Positions 23,240 to 35,655 of a DNA stretch of 64,000 nt are shown piece after piece (within the stretch, counting starts at the first letter, position 1; each line of letters opens with the position of its first letter). This DNA is from Heterodontus francisci (Eukaryota), in assembly GCF_036365525.1 (NCBI RefSeq), contig NC_090402.1, positions 16,474,428 through 16,538,427 on the forward strand. Reading direction: 5' to 3'. Made by a program: the position numbers and the translations under genes. The notes below the pieces were generated by a model. The model saw only the letters and a list, made by a program, of their open reading frames with translations, searched no databases and had not been told where the DNA came from.

Positions 23240-25590
23240 GAAGTACAGAAACAGGAGTAGGCCATTTAGCCCCTTGAGCCGGTTCTGCCATTCAATAAGA
23301 CCATGGCTGATCAGTGACCTAACTCCAATATCCCCAATACCTTTAGTTATTAAAAATTTATCAATCTCATATTTAAAATTAATAATTGACATAGCATCAA
23401 TGGCCATTTGGGAAAGAATGTTCCAAACTTCTATCACCCTTTGTGCATAGACGTGTTTCTTAATTTCACTACTGAAAGGCCATGCTCTAATTTTTAGACT
23501 ATGTCCCCAGTCCTAGACCCCCCAACCAGTAGAAATATAGTTTATCTCTGCTGATATCATAGAGTTATACAGCACAGAAACAGGCCCTTGGCCCATATCA
23601 TATCAGTTCGCTGAAGTTTTCAAGATATTAAATCAAATCATCCCTTAATCTTCTAAATTCCAGGGAATATTCCAGGGAATATAGCCCTAGTATGCTGTCC
23701 TCTTAATTTAACCCATGGAGTCCAGGTATCATTCCAGTAAATCTATGCGCACTCCCTCCTTTCTAAGGTCAGGTGTGCAGAACTGAACATAATACTCCAG
23801 GTGTGGTCTAATCAGGGCTTTATACAGATGGAGCATGACTTCTATCCCCTTGTCTTCTATTCCTCTAGATATTAGCCTTTTGATTATTTTTTGTACCTGT
23901 CCATGACATTTTAATGATCTATGTGTATGGATCGTCAAGTCTCTTTGGACCTCCCACCACTGCTTCTTCCTTTTCACCATTTAGAAAGTACTCTGCTCCA
24001 TCCCTTTTTTTTTAGGTCCAAAGTAAAGGACCTCACATTTGCCTATATTGAAATCCATTTGACACAGTTTTGCCCATTCACTTAATCTGTCAATATTGCT
24101 TTGCAATTTTATGCTTCCATCTAAACTGCTTACAATGCTGCCTATATTTTGTGTCATCAACAAACTTGGATATGTGGCTTTCTATCCCATCATCAAAGTT
24201 ATAGTGAATAATTGAGATCCTGACATCCCTGTGGACATTACTAGTCACATGCCAATCAGATTACATGCCCATTATCCTTACTCTCTGTCCTGCTGCTCAG
24301 TGAATTTCCTAACCAGGTCAACAATTTGCCTTAACTTCCGTGAGCTTCAACCTTAGCTAACAGTCTCTTATGAGGGACTTTATTGAATGCCTTCTGGAAA
24401 TCCATATAAGTAACATCCATAGACATTCCCCTGTCCATTACTTTAGTCATCTCTTCAAAATTTAAAATCAGATTTGTCAGGAATGTCCCACCTTTTACAA
24501 ATCTATGCCTTCTCTTTGATCAGTTGAAAATTTTCATGGTGTTCAGTCACTCCATCCTTAATTATAGACTCTAATAATGTTGCGACAGCAGATGTTTGGC
24601 TAACTGATCTATAATTCCCTGGTTCCCCTCTCTAACCTTACTTAAAAGCAGAGTGACATGTGGAATTTTCCAATGCAAAGGAATAGTTCCTGAATTGAGA
24701 GAACTTTGGAAAATCATAGTTTGTACATCTGCAATGTTCTCACCTGCTTCCTTGAAAATCCTGGGATGAAAACCATCTGGCCCTGGAATTTTGTCATTCT
24801 TTAGTGCCATTATTTGCTTCACTGCTGTTAATTCACCAATGATAATTGGTGAGTTCCGCATGCCTGATTCAATATTAATTTCCTTGGGATGTCTGGAATA
24901 CCATCCTCTTCCTTTATTGTAAATACTGATGCAAAGTAATTTTTAAACATGTCCATCATTTCCTTATTTTCATTTGATATCTCCATTGTCAGTTTTTAAA
25001 GGGGCACACATTGCTCTTAACTACCCTTCTTTTCCTAATATAATTGTAAAAGTTTTAGTGTTGATTTTGATATCCCTTGCAGGTTCCTTTTCATATTCCC
25101 TTTTTGTAGCTATTATCTTTACTTCACCCTTTGCTGTTCTTTGTATCTCTCCCATTCACTAGGATCTGTAGGATGAGCTATTTTTTGTATTCTTGTATGC
25201 TGTTTTAGTTTTTTCTTGTCCCTTACCTCTTGGCTGGATTTTTTTTTAGCAAGGAGAGTTCTTGTCCCTTAGGGGGATAAACTGGTTTTGTATCATGTTA
25301 AGTTCTTTTTTGAACGCCTCCCATTGATCATCTGTCATTTTACCCTTTAACATATTTGTCCAATTTACTGTGGACAGTCTCTGTCTCATCCCATTGATTT
25401 TGTCCTTGCCTAAATCTAGATGCTTAGTTGCTGTTTCATGTTTCTCCCTTTCAAACATAACACTGAACTCAATCATATTATGGTCACGCTTAGCTAAATG
25501 TTCACGCACTGTTAGCCTGTTAACTAAATCTGGCTCATTGCTCATCGTTCTAGTTTGGCCTGCCCCCTTGTTGGTTCTAGGAAATATTGG
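23240..25590 (-). mobile_element. Old CR1 LINE ORF2 (endonuclease end through 3' UTR), degenerate
   Basis: Minus-strand ORFs: EPDLVNRLTVREHLAKRDHNMIEF, DKIPGPDGFHPRIFKE, LQSNIDRLSEWAKLCQMDFNIGKCEVLYFG, LYKALIRPHLEYYVQF. Confidence 0.85.
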
Positions 25591-25599
25591 ACAGCACGT

Positions 25600-26597
25600 C
25601 CATCATGTATGTGTGCGATATCCTGTCAAAAGCCTTCTCCTGGTCCAAGCTGATGAGGCAGTGTCCAACCTCCTGTCCCGTACATAGGCGATCATATCCC
25701 TAAGTAGCGCGAGGCTATCAGACATCTTCGTGCCAGGTGAATCACCAACTCCAGAACAGACTTGACCTGACTGGCAATGACTTTGAACAGAATCTTGTAG
25801 TCTACATTAAGCAGTAAGATGGACCATCAATTTCTGATTTCCACCCTCTCCCCCTTCCGCTTGTAGATGAGGGTGATGATGCCTTTCCTCATAGATTCTG
25901 ACATGCTGCTGTCTAGAAGCATCCTCTTGTATACTTCCAGCAGGTCTGGGCTGATCCAGTCACACAGAGTCAAATAAAACTCAACTGGTAAGCCGTTGTT
26001 TCCGGGAGTTTTACTTGTCTCAAAAAGGACCTGATGGCCTTTGTCAGCTCCTCCAGAGTTAGCGGTTTGTCCAGACTCTCCTGCGTGCTGTCATCTAAGA
26101 CCTCCGTAATAGATGACAGGAAGGACTGGGAGGCCATGCTGTTCGTGGGCTTCACGTCGTAAAGCCTGGCATAAAAGGATTCGCTGATCCCTAGTATGTC
26201 AGACTATGATGACATTACCAAGCCGTCCTCTTCCTTCAGTCTGCTGATCACAGAGCTCTCTCTGTGTACCTTTTGGAAGAGGAAATGCGAGCACGTCTCA
26301 TCCTGCTCAATAGAGCAGACTCTGGACCGGAAGATGATCTTGGAGGCCTCCGTGGCAAAGAGCGAAGTCTGCTGGCTCTTCACCTCTTTGAGATCCTCTT
26401 TGGCCTCGACCCCCATTGACTGCAGCCGGAGAAGATTCTGCATTCTTTTCTGGAGTCGAGACATTTCCCTCTGTCTCCCCCTCACCTTCTGAACACCGTT
26501 GAGGATAAAGAACCTCTTGATGTTCGCCTTGATCACTTCCCACCAGTACACCGGAGACTCAAAAGAGGGGTTTCACGGTTCTCCAACCTTTGTAATC
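25600..26597 (-). mobile_element. Tx1/L1-clade ORF2 internal fragment
   Basis: WWEVIKANIKRFF, KIIFRSRVCSIEQDETCSHF, LDKPLTLEELTKAI, and LLLNVDYKIL (RT domain start). Confidence 0.8.
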
Positions 26598-27016
26598 CTG
26601 GCAACTCCTCAGTTCCAGCAGCACCACTGGAAGTGGTGGCCACTGCTGGGACTGCACCCAGCCAGAAGAAGTCAGTGGACATCAGCCTCCATAAAGGCAA
26701 GTGGGGTTTCGTGCCTCACTGAGGACAATCGGCTGGGCCCTGGCGAGAGGTTGGGGGTCATTTGGGAGAGCAGGGGGAGGTGCTCCAGTGGAGGTGGCTT
26801 GTGCCAGCGGCACTGGGAGGAGGCCCTTAAGTAATTAATTGGCCACTTAAGGGCCTCAATTGGCCTGGGGCAGGTGGGCCGTTTGTCACCTCCCACGCCC
26901 ACTTAAAATTGCAGCGGGAGTGAGAAGGCAATGGGAATGGCACCCCCACCTCCCACACAATTTTACACCTCCCTCACCTCCAGCCAGCTCCCATGGGGGA
27001 CATAAAATTCTGGCCC
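26598..27016. mobile_element. Harbinger-type MITE, truncated on the left
   Basis: Right end cataaaattctggccc. Internal near-palindrome ggcccttaagtaattaattggccacttaagggcc at about 26822-26855. Confidence 0.65.
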
Positions 27017-27267
27017 ATATTTCTCTCCCCCTTCCCTTTGTATTACAACGTTTCCTCTTTATGGTACAGTGCCTAGAGGCACTTTCATGCATGTGAGGAA
27101 TTCTACGTATAAATGAAAATTGTTGAATGTTCCATAAACACTGGATGCAGTGATGGAAGTGGCTTTGTAATATGTCATTGCATCATTTGTGTGTGATAAA
27201 AGGTGACATATGGGTCTTCCCAGAATCCCAAACAAAGTTTAATTTTTTTCATCCATTTTGGTGGAAA

Positions 27268-27600
27268 AGAAGAACGAACTTATATTTTACATAGCACATA
27301 CATGTCATCAGGATGTCCTAAAATGCTTCACAATCAGGTCAGTGAAGTCACTGTTGTAATATAGGCAATTGTGGCCACTTTTTGCACAACAAGATCCCAC
27401 AAACACTAGTAAGATGGATGAGCAGATAATCTGTTGTTCATTGAGGTATAAATGTTGGCCAGGATACTGGGAGAACTCCCCTTTGAATAGTGCTGTGGAA
27501 TCTTTACATTCACCTAAAGAGGCAGGGTGGAGTCTTGGATTAGAGTCTCATCTAAAAGATTGCACCTCAGACAGTACAGCAATCCCTCAATACTGCACTG
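27268..27600 (-). mobile_element. Deu-domain SINE (SacSINE1/AmnSINE1-related), degenerate
   Basis: Minus strand reads cagtgcagtattgagggattgctgtactgtctgaggtgcaatcttttagatgagactc...atcctggccaacatttatacctcaa..., with an L2-like tail. Confidence 0.6.
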
Positions 27601-29770
27601 AAAATATATGTTGAAAACTGCTTTTACCAGAACAGGTTGGACAGGGACATGAAAGATATTTGTTGACAAATCCAATCTGCACGATTACTAAAATGATTAT
27701 TTCCAGGGAATGTTAAAAGAACAGGACCTTCAGTATTTTCAAACAAAGATTTCACCTTGCCCCAAATTAAAATGTTATTGTTAATGTAATTGCAAACTCT
27801 ATCTATCCTTCACCACCATCTTTGATATTATTCCTGCTGCTAAAATAACAAGAATATTCTCGTGTACTGGACATCTGTAGACTGAAATTTCTTTTGACAG
27901 AAAGGAATATATCTGATGGCACAAGCAATTGATATCAATAGATCCACAATACTTGTGCAACATCATAATATCTGCTTCAAAAGTGTGCACAGATCTTTTT
28001 TTCAAAATGGAACTCATTATTGCATTATTGTACACTCCCAATGAATATTTTTACCTTCGTTTTAAGATTTTCCCATAAACCACAAACAATTAAAGGGCCC
28101 AATAGCCCTCCCCCCGCTCCCCTAATTAGTCACAGTATCCTGTTCATGTGTGTATTGCTAAGTACTTCAATTACCATCCTGCTACTGTCCTTGTTAGTAC
28201 AGACATACTGGGCCAGAAGGGAACAATTAACTGAATAGAAGCATGCACTGTGCAGGTGGAAACCTGTATTGTGTACCTGGCCCCAGAGGGACAGTGTTAC
28301 AGCATTGCACATTGTCCCAGCTGTGAATCGGACAGAATGGACCATGGGCAGATTTTGAGGTTCCCCATGCAGGTACGAAAGGTGAATGCTTTTTACTAAT
28401 TTTACCATGAGCACTCCTGCTGCAGTAACAGTGACTTTTCGCTATTCAAATAACAAAAGCACATTAATTCTTTGAGCCCTTTGCATTTTACAAAATATGC
28501 GCATACATTTCTCTAATATACATCCACAAAAAAATGTTCTGAAGATCTTTACTAGTGAATAAAATAGTGAAATTAAAGTGTACTGAACCAAAAAACATTT
28601 TTAATCCATAACTTAGCTTTTTATGTTTATTCAGAGTACATTTACAGATTTTCTTTTTGGTCCAGAATCCAGCTCTCATTTATAAAAAGGTTTTAACTCT
28701 GTATTTACATTCTTTGAGAAATACAGCAAATAAATCTCCAAAGCAATTCCAGTACACCGGAATTTCCAACCATCACAATGCTAAATGTTTAATTTCAATG
28801 GTTGGAGCCCAAGACTCAAGCACCGACACAACATATACACAGGTGTTTCTAGTAATCGACTGCAGATTATTACTCAATAAATTTGTAATGACTATGCTAC
28901 AGACCTTGCTCCTCATGAGCAAGCTATCAACTGCATAGAGTAGCTTTAGCCGCACAATCCACCAAATCATCCACCAGACCCATCAATTGCCTAGGTAATC
29001 CTGCTAAATACACATCCGATCTCACCCTGCAGGCAATTCCATGTGAAATCTACTGGTATTATTTTAGAATAAGGATTATCCTGGAGTAGTTTCACTATGT
29101 AATCTCACTCCTGGGTTCACTTGGCAGTTCTAAATCTTTCAAGTTGTACACCAGCAGTTTATCCATCATCCAGGCCTCTTGATGAGATTACCGCCTCACA
29201 ATCACTCCCAGATATCTATCATCCTCAATAAGATAGATATCACACAGGGTATTTTCAAGAAATCAATCTGATATTATTTCTCAGTAAACCAGCAATAATC
29301 ATATTATAGTGCTTAATTTTCTTATATGAGTGACGTAATAAAACAAGGAAATGGGGGGAAAGTTATTGTCCACAAGAACAGCTGCTTCTGTGAGAAAATA
29401 TCTGATAAAAGGTAAAATGACTCCCCACTGCCACCCACAAACCCCTGATCAATATACAGACAAAGAAAAAATAATCCATATGCCATATAATATCAGTGGT
29501 AAGTAACAGGAGGTGATTCAAAGACTGTAGCCTATTCTCGGAACTTCATGCAACAGAAGGCTCTTTTTTGTCATTTATGTTATCTAAAACCTTGCCTTGT
29601 ATCAGTTCTATGTATTTATTGTAAAATAATTTTAAATCAGTTTAACAGGAGTTATGGTTTTTTTTAAATTTGGGTCAAGAGTGATCCAAAGGCTATTAAA
29701 TTTATTTTCCAGAAAGGAAAGGAAATTTAAAATGGAAAAAGAATCATACATTTTTGAAAGCTTAAGCAAT

Positions 29771-30021
29771 GGCCTGGATTTTACAAGGCCTCAATGAGTG
29801 TGCTGGGAGGCATGAAGGAGGGAGGGAGGGAGGGTGGGACTTCCCAACGCCCTGGCAATTTGCCAGCAGTGAGGGAGGTGGGAAATGGCCCTCCTGCCCA
29901 GAGATCAATTGAGGTCCTTAAGTGGCCAATTAAAAGCCTCTTTCCACCAGTGGCAGGTGGGCCCCCCACCACATGGGGCGACTGCCAGGTAGACCCCCAT
30001 CGAGCCAACAAAATTCATCCC
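29771..30021. mobile_element. Short Harbinger-type MITE with AAT TSD
   Basis: AAT|ggcctggattttac ... aaaattcatccc|AAT. Confidence 0.75.
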
Positions 30022-30214
30022 AATATTTCTGATGAGCAAAACTGGAAGAACTGTGGAGATAAATAAATACTTGCATTTATAGAGTACCTCATGTTTAAAC
30101 ACCCCAAAGTGCATCACACAATGAATTTGTGAAGTGTTGTGACTGTCGTTATGTAGCCAAAATATTGTTATACAGAGTGATGTGATGTAACATCACAACA
30201 CTACAAAGTTACAA

Positions 30215-30545
30215 AGTATTTACAGCACAGAAACAGGCCATTTAGCCCAACAGTGTTTATGCTCCACATGAGCCTCCTTCCAACCCTCTTCATCTAACAG
30301 CATATCCTTCTATACCGTTTTCCCTTTTGTGCTTATCTACTTCCCCTTAAATGCACCAATGCTATTCACCTCAACCACTCCCTGTTGTAGCAAGTTCCCC
30401 ATTCTAGCCACTCTCTTGGTAAAGAAGTTTCTCTTGAAATTCCCTATTAAATTTATTAGTGACTGTCTTATATTTATGGTCCCGAGTTGTGCACAACTGG
30501 AGACATCTTCTCCATGTCTGCTCAATTAAACCCTTTCGTAATTTA
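30215..30545 (-). mobile_element. CR1 3' end
   Basis: ORF 30337-30525(-) reads RNFFTKRVARMGNLLQQGVVEVNSIGAFK; CR1-type 3' UTR present. Confidence 0.7.
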
Positions 30546-30724
30546 TTGCAAGAGCTTTCCATTCATGGACAATGGGTGCAAAATCTAGCCTTATTTATTT
30601 TTCACAATATTCTCCAAAGCAGTCAAATTCTAACCTGAATTTTCTCACCAGGAAAAAAAATTGTTGGAGAGTAATAGACAAGTAATAGTCAAGGTGCTTA
30701 ATGACTTGTAATATTTTTCCCCAG

Positions 30725-30827
30725 GCCCTCGACCCCTATGTTTGATATGCTAGAGCATAAATTCCAGAAGGAATGGATAGAGGAGCAGAAGGTCAGAGAC
30801 AAGATCAAGAAGAAAAAGACCCATCAG
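30725..30827 (+). CDS. CFAP77: CFAP77 internal coding exon (103 nt, phase 2 in, phase 0 out)
   Basis: tttttccccag| acceptor and |gtttgt donor. Completes the Arg codon, then PSTPMFDMLEHKFQKEWIEEQKVRDKIKKKKTHQ, matching CFAP77 [23 protein letters not shown]. Confidence 0.93.
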
Positions 30828-31017
30828 GTTTGTTTGGAGCCTAACACTATAAATGCATTTTATCAATGACACAACTGCATGGCATTTCATATCAAGAACT
30901 GGAATGAGATCCATTTTAAATTGGCTTGGAAGAAGTTGATCTCCTTGTTATGACGGTGCTTCTATATATTTTGTTAAGTTTATTTTTGATGACTCGTATT
31001 TTAGAATTATAGGCATT

Positions 31018-31739
31018 GGGCTGAATTTTACTCCCCCCAATGAGTGGGATGGTGGCGGGGGCGGGGGGTGATGTAGAATGGAGCGGGAGCCTCCGGGAGA
31101 CCTTTCGGACCGGCTCCCGCCTCCACTGCCACTTTACGCAGGGCGGCAAAAAACAGCCCGCCTGCATACCCCAGGCCACATAAGGGCCTTTGCCCACCTC
31201 CAAGGGATTTTATCAGTAGCTAGTCAGGCGGCCAAGGCCCGAGAGAAGCTACCTGACAAAAGCTGGTGGCTCTCTGACGGCTCGGTGGGGGGGGGGGCCT
31301 CATGATCTTAATGACCCTGTGCCCGATGGAGGGCCGCCCCCGCTGCCCCAACCATCCCAATACGCCCTCCAGATCGACCACCATTGCCTCGTTGGGCCTG
31401 TCCGATCACCCCCGGTGAGGCAACCAAAACTTACCTTTGTTCCAGTCCCCAACATCATCTTCTTCAAGCTGGGCTGTAGTCCCAGCAGTGGCCACCGCTC
31501 TCAGTGGCACTGTTGGGACAGTTAGCTGCCGACCCGCTGATTGGCCAGCAATTCTATTAGGCAGCAATTCTATTAGGCAGAACTGCCTACCTCAAGCGGT
31601 TGGAAGTCCCGCCTCACACCAATTAAAGCCCGACAACCCGCAAAATATGGGTCGGATCCCCAGGCGAGGCGGAAGCGGGTTCGCCACCGACTTTTCAGTC
31701 GATGGCCGGCTCCCATCCGCTCAGGGTTAAATCCCAGCC
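31018..31739. mobile_element. Harbinger-type MITE inserted in the 5' LTR
   Basis: ATT|gggctgaattttac ... ttaaatcccagcc|ATT. Confidence 0.8.
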
Positions 31740-32815
31740 ATTGTTTTATTTGGGAAAATTGAAAAAGATTTCATGGATGTTTTTTCACTGGGGTCATTGA
31801 AAGGACACAAAGGACTTGATTTGTAAACAACCCTGACTGAAAGTCACCTGTCTTCAGATAAATACCCAGCAGGGGGTTTTTGACTTGGAGAAGATGTTTA
31901 CAAAGAAGTGACAGGTCAAGATTTATAGGGGTCAGGAGGCTTGACTCTTGAGATAGTGTTTTTAGCTTTTGGACAGTCAGTTGGGTGTGGAGTGTTTTGA
32001 AAGGAGTTTTAAATCATCCTGCCAAGGACAAAACTCCAGCTCAGCCTTTTCCATCTCTTTGGAAAACCTGCCAGCCTTTCCATCTCTTCGAGAAGCTCTT
32101 CGAAGCAAGTGTAAAAAATAGAGAAATTGATGCTGTATTCCTCCTGAAAGGCCTGCCAGAAACCCCATTGCTGCAATTCTCCTGGAAAACCTGCCAAACC
32201 GATCTTCAACGTCGCCTGAAAAGAACTGTTCTAGAAAGATCCCAGTGACAGCTGTCTATGCGCATTTGGGACACCAAACCAAAAAAGGGACAACTGACAT
32301 CTTTCCATATCTTCTCTTTTTTCTTCAAGAATTAGCAAGTATTTTGGTCAAGTATTTGTTTTTGGGTTTTTTTGTAACAGAGCTTTAAAGAGAAAATCTA
32401 TTTTTTTGGTTAACTAGTGTGTGTGTGTGTCAGGAGCTAAGGTAAAAGGGAACTTTCATATTTCAATCCGTTTGTTTACTGGTTAAGTCTTGTTTTATAA
32501 TAAACTGATAATTTTGCTGTTTATTAAAAAAACTAGGTTGGTGTATTTTATTCTGGGATAAAAATAAAGTCTGTAATTGACCATATCGGTAACTAGGTAA
32601 ACATTTAAATATATGTTGTGACCTGTGGAGAAGTGGAACTAGAAAAACAGTGCACTCCTCCCTCCTCAGTCGTAACTTATAATTGGGAGCTCTGTGCAGG
32701 ATAACCCAACACCAACGACATGCAATTGTAAGTGGGGTAATACTAATTGAAAAGTGGAAAAGGCAAAATCAGGTTTCTTGTATATTAGCATAAAGTTTAC
32801 ACTACCAGAACGACT

Positions 32816-34740
32816 GTGTCAGTTGCAACAACCTTTCTGGGAAGAGAGAATGTATCCCTGAGTGATTTGAGAAACTTAACCAAGGTTAGACTAAAGGATT
32901 TGGCAGACTTGTTGGCATTAGAGTTAAAACCAGGAGCTATGAAAGCAGACATAATTAAAGTAATAGCAGAGCATTTGCAATTGGAAGGAGAGAAACCAGA
33001 TGGTAGTTCAGTTGAATTGGCTAAAATTCAGTTACAGATAAAGCAGCTTGAGCAGGAAAAAGAGATGAAAAAACTTGAACTTGAAAGAGAATTGACAATG
33101 AAGAAACTTGAACTTGAGCAAAAAGGAACGGGAAAAAGAGAAAGAAGAGGAAAGGAATTCTCATTTAAAAAGATGGAACTATGACAAAAGGGTGGTGTTG
33201 ACTCCAGTGAAAATTCTGGTGAGGAAAGATCTGACTCCAGCCTAGGACCCACTGGAGAATTGTTTAAATTTGTACAAGCCCTCCCGCAATTTGAGGAAAG
33301 GGGCATAGAGGCATTTTTAATTTCTGTTGAAAAGATAGCCAGACAGATGAAGTGGCCTAAGGAAAGCTGAACACAGTTTATGCAAAGCAGGTTGATGGGA
33401 AGAGCTTATTAGGTTTATGCCATGCTTTCTGAGGAGGCTTTTGCAGATTATCAGATGGCAAAAAAAGGCTACTCTCGCTGACTATGAGTTGGTCCCTGAA
33501 GTGTACAGGCAGAAATTTCAGAACGTCCGGAGACAGTCTGGGCAGACTTATATAGAATTTGAGAGGGTAAAGTAAATGGGTGGGCACTAAAGGTAGAGGC
33601 CACATATGAGAACCTTAGGGAACTAATTGTTCTGGAAGAATTTAAAAATTCACTTCCTCCGTTAGTAAGAACCCACATAGAGAACCAGAAAGTTTCAACA
33701 GCTGGACAGGCAGCAGAAATCAGTAATTACGAGCTTGCGAATAAGCCCAAACCCTTTGTCCGTCATCCTCACAAACCCGAGAAGGATAGAAGATGGGAGG
33801 GTGATAGGAAGGCAAGTAGCCGGAGACAAGAAGGGACAGCTGGGAATGCCCTGGGATCTTGTCCTCAGGCCAAAAAGGAAGATGCTGAGGGTGGAGTGAG
33901 GTCCGCAAGCCTAAGTGTTACCATTGCTACAAGGTGGGACACTTTTATGCAAAATGCTGGAAGATGTGGGGTAAACCCATGCGCCAAGTCATGCTGCAGC
34001 TGTACAGAACCTTAGTTAGGCCACACTTAGAATATTGCGCACAATTCTGGTCGCCACACTACCAGAAGGACGTGGAGGCTTTGGAGAGGGTACAAAAGAG
34101 GTTTACTAGGATGTTGCCTGGTCTGGAGGGCATTAGCTATGGGGAGAGGTTGGATAAACCCAGATTGTTTTCACTGGAACGACAGAGGTGGAGGGGCGAC
34201 ATGATAGAGGTTTACAAAGTTATAAGTGACATGGACAGAGTGGATAGTCAGAAGCTTTTTCCCAGGGTGGAAGAGTCAGTTACTAGGGGACATAGGTTTA
34301 AGGTGCGAGGGGCAAAGTTTAGAGGGGATGTGCGAGGCAAGTTCTTTACACAGAGGGTGATCAGTGCCTGGAACTTGCTGCCAGGGGAGGTGGTGGAAGC
34401 AGGTACGATAGCGACATTTAAGAGGCATCTTGACAAATACATGAATAGAATGGGAATAGAGGAATACGGTCCCTGGAAGTGCAGAAGGTTTTAGTTTAGA
34501 CAGGCATCAAGATCGGCGCAGGCTTGGAGGGCCGAATGGCCTGTTCCTGTGCTGTACTGTTCTTTGTCATACTGGGGTACACAAAGCCAATGCAAAGAAA
34601 GGGTCCCTGATCGAGAGTACGACAGATCAGGCTATAGCTCTGACTGCAGCTGTAAGGCCAGGTACCAAAACCACTGAGTGCCGGGGACATGAATAAGATA
34701 CCTGAGAGTTATAGGCAATTCTTGTCAAAAGGAAAAGTAT
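32816..34740 (+). pseudogene. Decayed Gypsy gag (coiled coil, SCAN-like capsid, CCHC knuckle)
   Basis: LPQFEERGIEAFLISVEKIARQMKWP, YELVPEVYRQKFQNVRRQSGQTYIEF, YENLRELIVLEEFKNSLPPLVRTHI, and knuckle CYHCYKVGHFYAKC at 33916-33957. Several stops and frameshifts. Confidence 0.85.
33985..34567 (+). mobile_element. Young CR1 3' fragment nested in gag
   Basis: QVMLQLYRTLVRPHLEYCAQFWSP...FKRHLDKYM. Near-identical to 4195-4435 over their overlap. Tail gtactgttctttgt. Confidence 0.92.
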
Positions 34741-35655
34741 AATCCAGCCCATTGTTTTTGGTTTTGCTTTGGACAGTCAGTTGGAGTGTGGATTGTTTTG
34801 AAAGGAGTTTTAAATCAACCTTCCAAGGACAAAACCCCAGCTCAGCCTTTTTCCATCTCTTTGGAAAGCCTGCCAGCTTTTCCAGCTCTTTGAGAAGCTC
34901 TTAGAAGCGAGTGTAAGAAATAGAGAAATTGATGCTGCATTTCTCCTGGAAAACCTGCCAAACTGATCTACAATGTCGCCCGAAAAGAACTGTTCTAGAA
35001 AGATCCCAATGACAGCTGTCTATGCATATTTGGGACGCCTACCCAAAAAAGGGACAACTGACATCTTTCCATATCGTCCCTTTTTTTCTTCAAGAATTAG
35101 CAAGTATTTGGCCAAAGCATTTTTTTATTTTGTAACAGAGCTCTAAAGAGAAAATCCTGTGTGTATGTGTCTGTGTGTGTTTGTCTGTGTCTGTGACAAT
35201 GCTTTGCTTCTTTACTGGTTAAGTCTTGTTTTATGATAAACCAATAATTTTGTTGTTTATTGAAGAAGCCTGGATGTGTATTTTATTCTGGGATTAAAAG
35301 AGAGTCTGTGATTGACCGTATTGGTAACTGGGTAAATATTTAAATATATGTTGTGACTTGTGGCGAAGTGGAACTAGAAAAAACAGTGCACTCCTCCCTC
35401 CTCGGTTGTAACACCTTTCAGAGCAAATTGTATTACTGAAGTGTGTACTGGCAATGTGAACTTAAAACTCAAGTTGCTTTTCTCTTACTTGAATGCATTT
35501 TATCAAGTATTACTATTTCCTACAACACTGTCTTTGTCAGTCTTACAATCTTCTATACCATGGAGACCAATAAGTCTGTTTTATATATAGATGAATTTCT
35601 GTTGGACTAATATAAATAATAAATCCTGTTCCGATTTCATTGATGGTGAAAAAAT

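Larger units (their letters stand above)
30946..35413 (+). mobile_element. Gypsy (SCAN/Gmr1-like) LTR retrotransposon with pol deleted and nested insertions
   Basis: Termini TGTTATGAC ... GTTGTAACA, with flanks cct / cct(t). 5' LTR about 30946-32677, split by a MITE. Partial 3' LTR 34751-35413 is a clear direct repeat of about 31955-32677. Degenerate tRNA-Pro-type PBS tgggagctctgtgcagga near 32684. gag remnant follows. Confidence 0.88.
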
